The notes beneath the pieces were generated by a model that was given only the letters and a program-made list of their open reading frames with translations, did not search any database and had not been told where the DNA came from. The translations under genes and the position numbers were made by a program. Below, in pieces: positions 41,341 through 52,571 of a stretch of DNA of 64,000 nt. Location of the stretch: NCBI RefSeq assembly GCF_001262505.1, contig NZ_KQ410724.1, positions 320,848 to 384,847 on the forward strand, given 5' to 3'. The stretch comes from Shinella sp. SUS2. Its GTDB lineage: Bacteria; Pseudomonadota; Alphaproteobacteria; Rhizobiales; Rhizobiaceae. The first letter of the stretch is position 1, and each line of letters starts with the position of its first letter.

Positions 41341-41778
41341 TTATTTCGTGATGGACGAAAGCGCGTGAAGCGCGAGGATGTAGCTGTGCGCGCCGAAACC
41401 GCAGATGACGCCCTTGACGGCGGGCGCGATCATCGACGTGTGGCGGAATTCTTCGCGGGCATGCACATTGGAAAGGTGCAGTTCGACCACCGGCACCTTG
41501 ATGGCGCGAATGGCGTCGTGCAGGGCGATCGAGGTGTGGGTATAGGCACCGGCATTGATGGCGATGCCAGCGGCGGCATCGCCGCCTTCGTGGATCCAGT
41601 CGACCAGATCGCCTTCATGGTTGGACTGGCGGAAATCGACCGCAAAGCCCAGCTTCTCACCCTCCGCCTTGCAGAGCGCCTCGATATCCGCAAGCGTGTG
41701 CCCGCCATAGATGCCGGGTTCACGTTTGCCGAGGGCGTTCAGGTTGGGACCGTTGAGCACGAAAAGGGTGGAAGCCAT
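41341..41778 (-). CDS. aroQ: 3-dehydroquinate dehydratase type II
   Basis: LNGPNLNALGKREPGIYG and a HxSNxHxRE-type motif (HLSNVHAREEFRH). Confidence 0.93.
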   Translation of the reverse strand: MASTLFVLNGPNLNALGKREPGIYGGHTLADIEALCKAEGEKLGFAVDFRQSNHEGDLVDWIHEGGDAAAGIAINAGAYTHTSIALHDAIRAIKVPVVELHLSNVHAREEFRHTSMIAPAVKGVICGFGAHSYILALHALSSITK

Positions 41779-41929
41779 TCACAATTCCGCATGCTGGAAA
41801 GACAATTACCTATAGACCGGCGGTTTCCACAGGGAAAGCCCCAAGGGCAGGGGCTTTGCCGGTCGAATGGGGCGATGTCCACAAGCAGCAACGGCTGAAC
41901 ACGGCCAGCGTGGCAGGAAGATGGCGGTT

Positions 41930-42688
41930 TTAGCAGGTCGCCTTGCCGCACGCCCTGACATTGGCGATCTTTTCGCGAAGGTCGTCCGCGCCCACCGCGC
42001 CGAAGATCATCTCCTGGCCGAGCACGTAGGACGGCGTGCCGGTGATGCCGAGCTCGTTGGCCAGCGAATAGGCTTCGCGCACCGCCTCGTCATGCGGCTT
42101 GTCGGCCATCGTCTTGCGGAGGTCAGCCTCGGCAAGGCCCATCGTCGCGGCAAGGGCGATCGCGCTTTCTTCCGTCGCGCGGCCCTCGTTGCCGAGCAGC
42201 GCGCGGTGGAACTCGCCGTACTTTTCAGGGGCGAGTTCCCGCACGGCTGCGCTCACCTTGTGGGCGGCGAGCGAATCGGGGCCGAGGATCGGCAGTTCCT
42301 TCAAAACGAAGCGGATGTTCTTGTCTTCCTTCAGCAGCGCATCCATGTCGGAGAGCGCGCGCTTGCAGTAGCCACAGTTGTAGTCGAAGAATTCGACGAT
42401 CGTGACGTCGCCCTTCGGATTGCCGAGTGCGATGTCATAGGGCGAGGAGAAGATCGCCTTTTCGTTGTCGGTGATGGCGGACTGGGCTTTCGCCTGCTGC
42501 TGTTCTTCCTGCTTCTTCTGCAGGGCCTCCTGCACCTCGATAAGGATTTCCGGGTTCTCGACGAGGTATTCCTTGATGAATTCGCCGATTTCCTTCTTCT
42601 GCGCATCATCGAGGGCAAGGGCGGGCAGGGGGGCTGCGACCGAAAGGGCAAGTGCTACCGTGGCCGCGAGCTTCGTCTTGAATGTCAT
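41930..42688 (-). CDS. DsbA-like thiol:disulfide oxidoreductase, periplasmic
   Basis: Signal peptide. CGYC active site embedded in a thioredoxin fold (EFFDYNCGYCKRA). Confidence 0.85.
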   Translation of the reverse strand: MTFKTKLAATVALALSVAAPLPALALDDAQKKEIGEFIKEYLVENPEILIEVQEALQKKQEEQQQAKAQSAITDNEKAIFSSPYDIALGNPKGDVTIVEFFDYNCGYCKRALSDMDALLKEDKNIRFVLKELPILGPDSLAAHKVSAAVRELAPEKYGEFHRALLGNEGRATEESAIALAATMGLAEADLRKTMADKPHDEAVREAYSLANELGITGTPSYVLGQEMIFGAVGADDLREKIANVRACGKATC

Positions 42689-42895
42689 GTCTTTGCTGTC
42701 CTCGTCGTGATGCGCCGGAGAAGTGCCATTGGCGGCCCCTCAACGTCAATGCGGGTCGTGGCGCTTTCAACGACCTTATGGTCGGGCAGGCGCAAACGAT
42801 AGGGTAAAAGCGGCGGATTTTCGGCCCTCGCGGGATTGTGAAGACGGGCATCTTGCGGCAGGAAGACGCGACCCGAAGAACCGGAAGGCAGTCCC

Positions 42896-44047
42896 ATGAA
42901 ACTCTCCCGCCGCGGCGCCGTCGAACCCTTTCACGCCATGGATGTGCTGGCTGAGGCGACGAAGCGTCGTGCGGCCGGCCGGCCGGTGATTTCCATGGCC
43001 GTCGGCCAGCCCGTGCATCCCGCACCGCAAGCGGCGCGAGACGCCGCCCGCCGGGCGCTCGAGATCGGCCGCATCGGCTATACGGATGCGCTCGGCCTCC
43101 TTTCGCTGCGCCGCGCCATATCCGATTTCTACAAGCGCCATCACGGCGTCTCCGTCGATCCGGGCCGGATCGCCATCACGACAGGCTCTTCGGCCGGCTT
43201 CAACCTCGCTTTTCTCGCGCTGTTCGATGCCGGCGACCGCGTTGCCATCGCGCGTCCCGGCTATCCGGCCTACCGCAATATCCTTGCGGCGCTCGGCATC
43301 GAGACGGTGGAAATCGAGGTGAATGCGGAAAACGGCTTCACGCTGACCCCGGCAGCGCTGGAGGCCGCCGTCGCTGCCCATGGCCGCATCGACGGCGTGC
43401 TGCTCGCCAGCCCCGCCAACCCGACGGGCACCGTGACCGGTCGCGCCAATCTTGCGGCGCTCTCCGCCTATTGCCGGGACAACGGCATCGCCTTCATCTC
43501 CGACGAGATCTACCACGGCCTCACCTTCGTCGGCGAAGAGGCGACGGCGCTGGAGTTCGGCGATGACGCGGTGATCATCAACTCCTTCTCGAAATACTAT
43601 TGCATGACCGGCTGGCGCATCGGCTGGATGGTGCTGCCGGAGGCGCTGGTGCGCCCCGTCGAGCGCATCGCCCAGAGCCTCTACATTTCCGCGCCGGAGC
43701 TTTCGCAGATCGCGGCGGAAGCTGCGCTCGGGGCGGAGGCGGAACTCAACGTCTATCGCGACGCCTACAAAGCGAATCGCGACCTCCTGGTGAAGCGGCT
43801 GCCGGAACTTGGCTTTGCCATCGCCTCGCCGATGGACGGCGCCTTCTACGCCTATGTCGATGTCAGCCGATTCACCAATGACAGCATGGCCTTCGCTCGC
43901 CGCATGCTCGCGGAAACCGACGTCGCGGCGACGCCGGGTGCCGATTTCGATCCGCAGGACGGGCACCATACGATGCGCTTCTCCTATGCGGGCGCCTACG
44001 AGGAGATGAGCGAGGCGGTCGACCGCCTCGCGCGCTGGCTCGCCTGA
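42896..44047 (+). CDS. Pyridoxal phosphate-dependent aminotransferase (class I, aspartate aminotransferase-like)
   Basis: PLP lysine region (NSFSKYYCMTGWRIGW). Confidence 0.85.
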   Translation: MKLSRRGAVEPFHAMDVLAEATKRRAAGRPVISMAVGQPVHPAPQAARDAARRALEIGRIGYTDALGLLSLRRAISDFYKRHHGVSVDPGRIAITTGSSAGFNLAFLALFDAGDRVAIARPGYPAYRNILAALGIETVEIEVNAENGFTLTPAALEAAVAAHGRIDGVLLASPANPTGTVTGRANLAALSAYCRDNGIAFISDEIYHGLTFVGEEATALEFGDDAVIINSFSKYYCMTGWRIGWMVLPEALVRPVERIAQSLYISAPELSQIAAEAALGAEAELNVYRDAYKANRDLLVKRLPELGFAIASPMDGAFYAYVDVSRFTNDSMAFARRMLAETDVAATPGADFDPQDGHHTMRFSYAGAYEEMSEAVDRLARWLA

Positions 44048-44129
44048 AACGGGGAAAGCGGTACCGTTTCAGGCGCTTGTGGCGGGAAACGGATTCAATC
44101 CCGCAAGCCCCTGAATCGCCTTGTGAGCA

Positions 44130-44894
44130 TCAGACCCGGTTGATCGACACACCGCCGTCGACGAGCATCGCCGTCCCGGTCGTGAAACTTGCGGCATCCG
44201 AGCACAGGAAGAGTGCGGCCTCGGCAATCTCCTCCGGCGCGGCGATGCGCTTGAAGGCATTGAGGCCGGCGATGAAGTCGCGCGCCTCCGGCGTGTTTGC
44301 CACCGCCCGCCCCATCGGCGTATCCGTCGCGCCCGGCAGTAGCGCGTTCACGCGAATACCTTTCGGCCCGTATTCCGAGGCGAGCACCTGCACGAGGCCG
44401 ACGAGGCCGGATTTCGAGGCGGCATAGGCTGCGAGCCCCGGAAAGCCGGCCGTGTAGCCGACGAAGGTCGAGGTGAAGACGAGGCTGCCGCCGCCGCGTG
44501 CTTCCATGGCCGGCAGCTGGTGTTTGGCGGCGAGAAAGCCGCTGGTCAGGTTGATGGCGACGACGTCCTGCCATTCGGCCAGGGAAAGGGCGGTGAGGGG
44601 GCCGACCGGACCTGTTGTTCCGGCATTGTTGAAGGCGATGTCGAGGCCGCCGAATTCGGCCCGCGCCGCCTCGACCAGCGCCTGGTGGTGGGCCTCCTCG
44701 CTGACGTCGCCTGGCACCGCGACGGCGACGCCGCCTGTTCCACGGATCTCGTCGGCAAGCTCTTCGAGCTGCTCGCGCCTGCGGGCGGAGAGCACGAGCC
44801 GTGCGCCCTGGCGGGCGAAGAGAAGCGCGGCGGCGCGGCCGATGCCGGAACTGGCGCCGGTGACGATGGCGATCTTGTTGTCGAGACGGGGCAT
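44130..44894 (-). CDS. SDR family oxidoreductase
   Basis: TGASSGIG Rossmann motif and a YxxxK catalytic pair. The MPRLDNK start has a GGGAGA SD. Confidence 0.85.
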   Translation of the reverse strand: MPRLDNKIAIVTGASSGIGRAAALLFARQGARLVLSARRREQLEELADEIRGTGGVAVAVPGDVSEEAHHQALVEAARAEFGGLDIAFNNAGTTGPVGPLTALSLAEWQDVVAINLTSGFLAAKHQLPAMEARGGGSLVFTSTFVGYTAGFPGLAAYAASKSGLVGLVQVLASEYGPKGIRVNALLPGATDTPMGRAVANTPEARDFIAGLNAFKRIAAPEEIAEAALFLCSDAASFTTGTAMLVDGGVSINRV

Positions 44895-45026
44895 GAATTT
44901 CTCCCTTGCTGGTTTCCTGCGGCCCGGATGTCGCAGAAGGGAGCGACGGGAGCCACCCGAAACCCGCGCACGAAAAAGGCCCGGACAATGCCGGGCCCTT
45001 CTCAATTCCTGGATATTAGCGGCTTC

Positions 45027-47885
45027 TTAGAAGAAGCCGCGGCGCTGCCACCAGCCGCCCTTCTTGGGCTTTTCCGGTTCGTCGTCCGGCGCTGCTTCTT
45101 TCGTCGTCGAAGACTTCACCACCGGCTCGGAGGCAATCTTGGAGATGTCGCGGTTGGCGCGGCCGGGCTTGGCCGGTTCGTCGAGAGCGGCAGAGGCTGC
45201 TTCGACTTCCGGCTCGACCGGGGTTGCCTCTTCGGCGGCAGAAGCCGGCTGGGCCTCGATCTCGCTGCGGGCAGCTTCATCGGTGGCGACCTCTTCTACG
45301 GCCTTGGCACGGCTGCGGCGAGCGCGCTTCGGCTTGGCCGCCGGCTCTTCAGCCACCACTTCGACCGGCGCTTCCTCGGCCGCGACGATCACTTCGGCGA
45401 CCTCTACCTCGACGGCGACGGCCTCTTCGGCGTCGTCCGCATCGCTATCGCCGTCCTCGGAGCCTTCGGCGCCAGCCTCGAGCGAGCCGTCCTCGGGACG
45501 GTTGCGGCGGCCGCCGCGCTTGCCGCGGCGGCGGCGCTTGCGGCGATCGGACGTGTCGTCAGCCTGCGCCTGGGGTGTGTCTTCCGCACCCTCGTCGCCA
45601 TCGGCCTCGTCGTCATCGAGCGCGTCGTCATCACCGGCCTGTTCGCCACCGAAGGATGCGGTGTCCGTGCCGTCACCGTTTTCGCGGCGGCCACGACGAC
45701 GGCGGCGGCGCTTGCGCTTGTTGCGGCCGTTCTCATCGGATGTCGCCGACGAGGACGAAGCCTGCGCGGCCGCGGCCGGACGCGCTTCTTCCTCGTCTTC
45801 GTCGATCTCGTCTTCGACTACGATGTCGTCATCTTCCGGTTCGGGTTCGAAGTGCAGAATCTGCTCGATCTTGACCGGGTTCTCGACGGGCTCGCCGCGG
45901 TCGATCGCAAAATGCTGCGCGCCGACATGGGCATCCGCCTCGATGATGATCTGGACGCCGAAGCGGGTCTCATAATCGATGATCGTGCCGCGCTTGTGGT
46001 TGAGCAGATAGAGCGCGATATCGGGCGTCGTGCGGACGACGATGTTGTGCGTCGTGTTCTTGAGCAGGTATTCCTCGATGCCGCGCAGGACATGCAGCGC
46101 CACCGACGACTGCGAGCGGATATGGCCCGTGCCGTTGCAATGCGGGCAGGTCTGCATGGTCGATTCGAGAACTGAAGCGCGGATGCGCTGGCGCGACATT
46201 TCCAAGAGGCCGAAATGCGAGATGCGGCCGACCTGGATGCGCGCGCGGTCGTTCTTGAGGTGGTCCTTGAGGCGCTTTTCGACCGACCGGTTGTTGCGCT
46301 TCTCCTCCATGTCGATGAAGTCGATGACGACGAGGCCGGCAAGGTCGCGCAGGCGAAGCTGGCGCGCCACTTCCTCGGCGGCTTCCAGGTTCGTCTGGAG
46401 CGCGGTCTCCTCGATCGAGTGTTCGCGCGTCGAGCGGCCGGAGTTGACGTCGATCGAGACGAGCGCCTCGGTCTGGTTGATGATGATGTAGCCGCCGGAC
46501 TTCAGCGTTACCTGCGGCTGCAGCATGCGGTCGAGCTGGGCTTCGATACCCGAGCGCGAGAAGATCGGATGCACGTCGCGATAGGGCTGCACGACCTTGG
46601 CATGGCTCGGCATCAGCATCTTCATGAAGCCCTTGGCTTCACGGTAGCCTTCCTCGCCGGCGACGATGATCTCGCTGATGTCCTTGTTGTAGAGGTCGCG
46701 GATCGAGCGCTTGATCAGCGAGCCTTCCTCATAGACGAGGCAGGGCGCGGTGGAGGCGAGCGTCAGCGTGCGGACGTTCTCCCACAGGCGCATCAGGTAT
46801 TCGAAGTCGCGCTTGACCTCGACGCGGGTGCGGTTTGCGCCGGCGGTGCGCAGAATGACGCCCATGCCCTGCGGAACCTCGAGGTCGCGGGCGATTTCCT
46901 TCAGGCGCTTGCGGTCCTGCAGGTTGGTGATCTTGCGCGAAATGCCGCCGCCGCGCGCCGTGTTCGGCATCAGCACGGAGTAGCGGCCGGCGAGCGACAG
47001 GTAGGTGGTCAGCGCCGCGCCCTTGTTGCCGCGCTCTTCCTTGGCAACCTGCACGAGCAGGATCTGGCGGCGCTTGATGACTTCCTGGATGCGGTACTGC
47101 TTGCGCGGCTTGCGCACGACGCGATCCGGAACCTCTTCCATCGCGTCTTCGGCGCCGACGGATTCGATGACTTCCTTTTCCTCGCCGTGATGATCGTCCT
47201 CGTCATCATCGTCATCGCGGCGACGGCGGCCGCGCGAGCGTTCGGCGGGCTCGGAAACCTCGTCGGTATCGACGGCCATGGCCATCGCGCCGCCGGGGGT
47301 CTCGTCGTCGCTGCTCTCGGCGGGGGCGGCGGCCTCTTCGGCGGCCGGTGCATCCTCGGCTTTCGCCTTGGGCTTGCGCGGGCGGCGCGGCTTCTTCGGC
47401 TTTTCGGCCGGTGCCTCTTCCGCAAGGGCGGCCGCGGCTTCGACGACTTCGGCCTCGACAACAGTCTCGGCGGTTTCTGCCTCGACGGGCGCAACGGCCT
47501 GCACTTCTTCTTCAACGGCGGCTGTTTCCGGCGTTGCCGCGTCTTCGGAGCGATCGCCCGCGGTCTCGACATGCTCGATGTCGTCGTCGCGGCGGTGCTC
47601 CTCGGCCTCGGCCCTCAGCAGGGCCTGTCGGTCGGCAAGCGGGATCTGGTAGTAATCCGGGTGGATTTCGGCGAAGGCCAGGAAGCCGTGGCGGTTGCCG
47701 CCGTAATCGACGAAGGCCGCCTGGAGCGACGGTTCGACGCGTGTGACCTTGGCAAGGTAGATATTGCCGCGGATCTGTTTCTTGTGTTCGGATTCGAAGT
47801 CGAATTCTTCTATGCGGTTTCCGCGCACGACAACGACGCGCGTCTCTTCAGAGTGAGACGCATCGATAAGCATTTTCTCTGCCAT
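45027..47885 (-). CDS. rne: Ribonuclease E with a long Arg/acidic low-complexity scaffold region
   Basis: N-terminal S1/catalytic core (MAEKMLIDASHSEETRVVVV...). 952 aa. Confidence 0.95.
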   Translation of the reverse strand: MAEKMLIDASHSEETRVVVVRGNRIEEFDFESEHKKQIRGNIYLAKVTRVEPSLQAAFVDYGGNRHGFLAFAEIHPDYYQIPLADRQALLRAEAEEHRRDDDIEHVETAGDRSEDAATPETAAVEEEVQAVAPVEAETAETVVEAEVVEAAAALAEEAPAEKPKKPRRPRKPKAKAEDAPAAEEAAAPAESSDDETPGGAMAMAVDTDEVSEPAERSRGRRRRDDDDDEDDHHGEEKEVIESVGAEDAMEEVPDRVVRKPRKQYRIQEVIKRRQILLVQVAKEERGNKGAALTTYLSLAGRYSVLMPNTARGGGISRKITNLQDRKRLKEIARDLEVPQGMGVILRTAGANRTRVEVKRDFEYLMRLWENVRTLTLASTAPCLVYEEGSLIKRSIRDLYNKDISEIIVAGEEGYREAKGFMKMLMPSHAKVVQPYRDVHPIFSRSGIEAQLDRMLQPQVTLKSGGYIIINQTEALVSIDVNSGRSTREHSIEETALQTNLEAAEEVARQLRLRDLAGLVVIDFIDMEEKRNNRSVEKRLKDHLKNDRARIQVGRISHFGLLEMSRQRIRASVLESTMQTCPHCNGTGHIRSQSSVALHVLRGIEEYLLKNTTHNIVVRTTPDIALYLLNHKRGTIIDYETRFGVQIIIEADAHVGAQHFAIDRGEPVENPVKIEQILHFEPEPEDDDIVVEDEIDEDEEEARPAAAAQASSSSATSDENGRNKRKRRRRRRGRRENGDGTDTASFGGEQAGDDDALDDDEADGDEGAEDTPQAQADDTSDRRKRRRRGKRGGRRNRPEDGSLEAGAEGSEDGDSDADDAEEAVAVEVEVAEVIVAAEEAPVEVVAEEPAAKPKRARRSRAKAVEEVATDEAARSEIEAQPASAAEEATPVEPEVEAASAALDEPAKPGRANRDISKIASEPVVKSSTTKEAAPDDEPEKPKKGGWWQRRGFF

Positions 47886-48519
47886 GTAGATTGAGCTCCT
47901 CGGCGCAGCCGCGATCCTGGCGGCGAACCGTTCCCATCTAGGGAGGTGCCGGGGGAGGAGGGGGATGCGCCGGATATGTAAGTTCTCGTCGGGCCCCGGT
48001 GCGGGGTTAGCGGACGGAGGGTGGCCGGTGCGCGAGCGCCCCGGTGCCTGTTACCCTCTGGTAGTATCCGCTGTGACAACATCAACGTCCAACGAGAATG
48101 CCTGTGCCATAGACCTGAGCGGTCCGATGAAATTGCCCTTGGGTAAGGGCGTTTGGTGGAAATCCACCTTGACTGTCCCGGCCACCGCCGGTTTACGCGA
48201 TCTTATCGGCCGGGAAAAAGCGGTGCGACGGCGGATGAAGGCCCGGTTCGGCGCCAAGCCCCGAAGGAGTGGCTGCCTGCTCTAAGCGATTCTATCCCGT
48301 CTATTCTTTTTCCCTGATTTTGCTTTTATGGCGGATATGTCACAATGGCAAGGGAAAAGCCAAAAGCGTCATAATCTTGATCGATTTGCCCCTATGGCTG
48401 CGCAAGTGCTGCGGCAACGCCCCTTGGCAAGCTTTGGTTAACCATATGGGGGCATCTATGGACCTCGTCCTGTGCCGCATCGCGCGGTTTCCACGCGTTT
48501 GAACGGACTGCCAGTGGTG
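47886..48519 (-). promoter_or_regulatory. Long rne 5' leader / divergent rne-amiC promoter region
   Basis: 634 nt without a credible CDS upstream of rne. A GC-rich structured proximal part is followed by a markedly AT-richer stretch (48290-48470) ahead of the divergent amidase gene. Confidence 0.5.
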
Positions 48520-49761
48520 ATGCTACGCCTTCTGACCGAAACCTTTTTCCGCGTTGCCGCCGGTGCGATCGTCGCCGTGCTCAGCCTGTCGCTCGTCACG
48601 CCCGCCCTTGCCGTTTCCGCCACGGCTGCACCGCTGCTCGCCTTTTCCGCGCGGATCGCCGGTGACGACGCCCGCACCCGTCTCATCATCGATTTCGACC
48701 GCAAGCCGGATTTCAAGGTCCATTACGTCGCCAATCCCTATCGCGTGCTGATCGACCTGCCGGAGACCGCTTTCGGCCTCAAGGCGGAGGAGCTGGAGGC
48801 GCGCGGCATCTTTTCCGACATCCGCTACGGCACGATGGCCGCCGGCCGTTCGCGCATCGTCCTGACGGCATCGCGTCCCGTCGGCGTCGTGCTGGCCGAG
48901 GTGCAGGAAGAGCAGGGGGCGGCGAGCTACCGGCTGGTCATCGACACGGCGATCGTCACCGACCAGGCCTTCCAGGCGCTCATGGAAAAGCAGAGCTGGC
49001 AGGAAGCTGCCGCCCCGGCCAGCGCCGAGCAGACGCCCGTCATGCTGCCCGGCAGCCGGGCGGACGGCCCCTTTGTCATCGCGGTCGATGCCGGGCATGG
49101 CGGCATCGACAACGGCGCACGCGGCGGCGTCACCAAGACCGAGGAAAAGCACGTCACGCTCGCCTTCGCCCGCCAGTTGACCGAGGCGCTGAACGCGCTG
49201 CCCGGCACGCGCGCCATCCTGACGCGCGACAAGGACGAGTTCCTCTCCCTGTCGCAGCGTGTACAGCTTGCCCGCAACGAGGGAGCGAACCTGCTGATCT
49301 CGATCCATGCCGACACGCTGAAACAGAAGGACATTCGCGGCGCGACGGTCTACACCATCTCCGACAAGGCCTCCGACAGTCTGGCCGCGAGCCTTGCCGA
49401 GCGTGAAAACCTGTCCGACCAGATCGCCGGCATCTCCTTCGTCGACGAACCGGCGGAAGTTGCCGATATCCTTTTGGACCTGACGCGCCGCGAGACGCAG
49501 GCCTTCTCGATCAATCTCGCCCAGAGCATCGTCAGCAATTTCAAGGATCAGGTGCTGCTGATCAACAATCCGCACCGCCATGCCGGCTTCCGCGTGCTGA
49601 CCGCGCCGGACGTGCCCTCGATCCTGCTCGAACTCGGCTTCATGTCGAACAAGGACGACGAGAAACTGCTGGTCGATCCCGCATGGCAGAAGAAGGTCGC
49701 GGGCCTCGTCGCCAAGGCGGTGGAACAGTATCGCTCGACGGTCGTCGCCAACGGCGGCTGA
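48520..49761 (+). CDS. amiC: N-acetylmuramoyl-L-alanine amidase (AmiC-like, AMIN domain plus Amidase_3)
   Basis: Signal peptide, AMIN domain, zinc-amidase motifs (VIAVDAGHGGIDNGA...LISIHAD). An alternative start exists at 48472. Confidence 0.88.
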   Translation: MLRLLTETFFRVAAGAIVAVLSLSLVTPALAVSATAAPLLAFSARIAGDDARTRLIIDFDRKPDFKVHYVANPYRVLIDLPETAFGLKAEELEARGIFSDIRYGTMAAGRSRIVLTASRPVGVVLAEVQEEQGAASYRLVIDTAIVTDQAFQALMEKQSWQEAAAPASAEQTPVMLPGSRADGPFVIAVDAGHGGIDNGARGGVTKTEEKHVTLAFARQLTEALNALPGTRAILTRDKDEFLSLSQRVQLARNEGANLLISIHADTLKQKDIRGATVYTISDKASDSLAASLAERENLSDQIAGISFVDEPAEVADILLDLTRRETQAFSINLAQSIVSNFKDQVLLINNPHRHAGFRVLTAPDVPSILLELGFMSNKDDEKLLVDPAWQKKVAGLVAKAVEQYRSTVVANGG

Positions 49762-50022
49762 GGTTTCTCGGTGCGCGGACGCGGAACGTGCTAGGCTCGC
49801 ATGTGCCGGAAAAGTGACAGCAGCCGCCATTGTGCGGTGGCGAAGCCGGGATGCATGCTGTAAGCCCTATTTTCCTCACATTCCGCTCGCTAGACGGGAT
49901 CGAGAAAATGGATGACTCGTCCTCGACGGGAGAGCGCAGCGGCCGGATGAGCCGGGGCGTGCAAGGCCGGGCAGCAGGTCTGCCTGATGACATGACAAGC
50001 ATAAGGCATCGGTAACTGGCTC

Positions 50023-52470
50023 ATGATCAGACTGATTGGATATTTCTTCGGGATTGGCGCCGTCTTTTTCCTCGGCGTGGCGGGCGCGGTTGCGCTCTAT
50101 CTCGGAAGTGTCACCAAGGATCTTCCCGATTATGAGGTCTTGAACAGCTATGCGCCGCCGGTGACGACGCGCGTGCATGCCGGCAACGGCGCGCTGATGG
50201 CCGAATATGCCCGCGAGCGCCGCCTCTACCTGCCGATCCAGGCGATTCCCGACCGCGTGAAGGCCGCGTTCCTTTCGGCCGAAGACAAGAACTTCTACCA
50301 GCATCCCGGTGTCGACGTGACCGGCCTTTTCCGCGCCATCGTGGTCAACGTCCAGAACATGGGCTCCGGCCGCCGCCCGGTCGGCGCGTCGACCATCACC
50401 CAGCAGGTGGCGAAGAACTTCCTGCTCTCCTCGGACCAGACCATCGACCGCAAGGTCAAGGAAGCGATCCTCTCCTTCCGCATCGAGCAGGCCTATTCCA
50501 AGGACCGCATTCTCGAACTGTACCTCAACGAAATCTTCTTCGGCCTGAATTCCTACGGCATCGCCGGTGCGGCGCTGACCTATTTCGACAAATCCGTCAC
50601 CGAGCTGACGATTGCCGAGACCGCCTATCTCGCCGCCCTGCCGAAGGGACCGTCGAACTACCATCCCTTCCGCCGTGCCGAGGCCGCCATCGAGCGCCGC
50701 AACTGGGTCATCGACCGCATGGTCGAGAACGGCTACGTCACCCAGAGCGACGGCGCAGAGGCAAAGGCCCAGCCGCTCGGCGTGACGCCGCGCCATCGCG
50801 GCTCCTATCTCTTTGCCTCGGAATTCTTCTCCGAAGAGGTTCGCCGGCAGATCATCGAACGTTACGGCGACAATGCGCTTTACGAAGGCGGCCTGTCCGT
50901 GCGCACCTCGCTCGACCCGCGCATCCAGGTCGCCGCCCGCAAGTCCTTGCAGAAGGGCCTGCTGAGCTATGACGAGCGTCGCGGGTTCCACGGGCCTATC
51001 AAGACCATCGAGATCGGTGGCGACTGGGGCGTGGAGCTGGCCAAGGTCGAAGCGCTCTCGGACGTGCCGGAATGGAAGCTCGCCGTTGTGCTCGCCGTCG
51101 ATGACGGCGGCGCCGATATCGGCCTGCAGCCGAGCAAGGAGGCCTCTGGCAAGGTCGTCGAGGAGCGCGTGACCGGCCGTATCGAGGCGAAGGCCATGAC
51201 CTGGGCCTATCGTTCGGCCAAGGGCGACCGTAAGACGGCAAAGTCGCCGGCCGGTGTCTTCACCGTCGGCGATGTCGTCTATGTCGAACCGCTGGAGGGC
51301 GGCACCTACCGTCTTCGCCAGCCGCCGAAAGTGCAGGGCGGCCTCGTCGCCATGGACCCGCATACCGGGCGCGTGCTCGCCATGGTCGGCGGCTTCTCCT
51401 ACGGCCAGTCGGAATTCAACCGCGCCTCGCAGGCCATGCGCCAGCCGGGCTCGTCCTTCAAGCCCTTCGTCTACGCCGCCGCGCTCGACAACGGCTATAC
51501 GCCGGCCTCCGTCATCATGGACGCGCCGATCGAGATCGTTGCCGGTGGCCAGGTCTGGCGTCCGCAGAACTACGGCGGCGGAGCGGCCGGCCCGTCGACG
51601 CTGCGCCTCGGCATTGAGCGCTCGCGCAACCTGATGACCGTGCGCCTTGCCAACGACATGGGCATGAACCTCGTCGCCGAATATGCCGAGCGCTTCGGCA
51701 TCTACGACAAGATGTATCCGGTGCTCTCCATGTCGCTCGGCTCGGGTGAGACGACCGTGCTGCGCATGGTCTCGGCCTATTCGGTGCTTGCCAACGGCGG
51801 CAAGCAGATCAAGCCGTCGCTGATCGACCGTATTCAGGACCGTTACGGCAAGACGATCTTCCGCCACGAGGAGCGTACCTGCGAGAACTGCAATGCGACC
51901 GACTGGGAAAACCAGGAGGAGCCTGTTCTCGTCGACAACCGCGAGCAGGTGCTGGATCCGATGACGGCCTACCAGATCACCTCGATGATGGAAGGCGTCG
52001 TGACGCGCGGCACCGCGGCCGGCAAGATCAAGCTTGACCGCCCGACCGCCGGCAAGACCGGCACGACCAACGACGAGAAGGACGCCTGGTTCGTCGGCTA
52101 CACGCCGGATCTCGTCGCCGGCCTCTATATCGGCTTCGACAACCCGGCCCCGCTTGGCCGCGGTGCGACCGGTGGCTCGCTTTCTGCGCCGATCTTCAAC
52201 GAATTCATGCAGGCGGCGCTCGAAGGTACGCGCCCGACCAAGTTCATCGTGCCGGAAGGCATGCAGTTCATCGCCGTCAACCGCAAGACAGGCATGCAGG
52301 CCTCCGAGGGCGAGCCCGACACCATCATGGAAGCCTTCAAGCCCGGCACCGGCCCTGCAGATGTCTTCTCGGTCATCGGCGGCGAGGAATTTGCCAGCCC
52401 CGAGGAAATCCTCAAAAGTTCGCCGCAGGCCAATCAGGCGGTGACGGGCGGCAGCGGCGGCCTGTTCTGA
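50023..52470 (+). CDS. mrcA: Penicillin-binding protein 1A (bifunctional transglycosylase/transpeptidase)
   Basis: GT51 motifs (EDKNFYQHPGVD, GASTITQQ) and transpeptidase SxxK/KTG (KTGTTND). Confidence 0.93.
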   Translation: MIRLIGYFFGIGAVFFLGVAGAVALYLGSVTKDLPDYEVLNSYAPPVTTRVHAGNGALMAEYARERRLYLPIQAIPDRVKAAFLSAEDKNFYQHPGVDVTGLFRAIVVNVQNMGSGRRPVGASTITQQVAKNFLLSSDQTIDRKVKEAILSFRIEQAYSKDRILELYLNEIFFGLNSYGIAGAALTYFDKSVTELTIAETAYLAALPKGPSNYHPFRRAEAAIERRNWVIDRMVENGYVTQSDGAEAKAQPLGVTPRHRGSYLFASEFFSEEVRRQIIERYGDNALYEGGLSVRTSLDPRIQVAARKSLQKGLLSYDERRGFHGPIKTIEIGGDWGVELAKVEALSDVPEWKLAVVLAVDDGGADIGLQPSKEASGKVVEERVTGRIEAKAMTWAYRSAKGDRKTAKSPAGVFTVGDVVYVEPLEGGTYRLRQPPKVQGGLVAMDPHTGRVLAMVGGFSYGQSEFNRASQAMRQPGSSFKPFVYAAALDNGYTPASVIMDAPIEIVAGGQVWRPQNYGGGAAGPSTLRLGIERSRNLMTVRLANDMGMNLVAEYAERFGIYDKMYPVLSMSLGSGETTVLRMVSAYSVLANGGKQIKPSLIDRIQDRYGKTIFRHEERTCENCNATDWENQEEPVLVDNREQVLDPMTAYQITSMMEGVVTRGTAAGKIKLDRPTAGKTGTTNDEKDAWFVGYTPDLVAGLYIGFDNPAPLGRGATGGSLSAPIFNEFMQAALEGTRPTKFIVPEGMQFIAVNRKTGMQASEGEPDTIMEAFKPGTGPADVFSVIGGEEFASPEEILKSSPQANQAVTGGSGGLF

Positions 52471-52571
52471 TCACGGGATGAGAGCGAGCGAGGGCGGGCG
52501 CGGGGCTTTACATCCGCGCCCGCCCTCTCTATTTCACGGCCACCGAAATAGCATTGAAGAAGAAGGCGGTT

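Noticed and set aside
46215-47894. 559-codon + ORF, plus many Arg/Pro-rich ORFs at 45064-47746
   Set aside because: They are antisense or out-of-frame to rne. Low-complexity composition.
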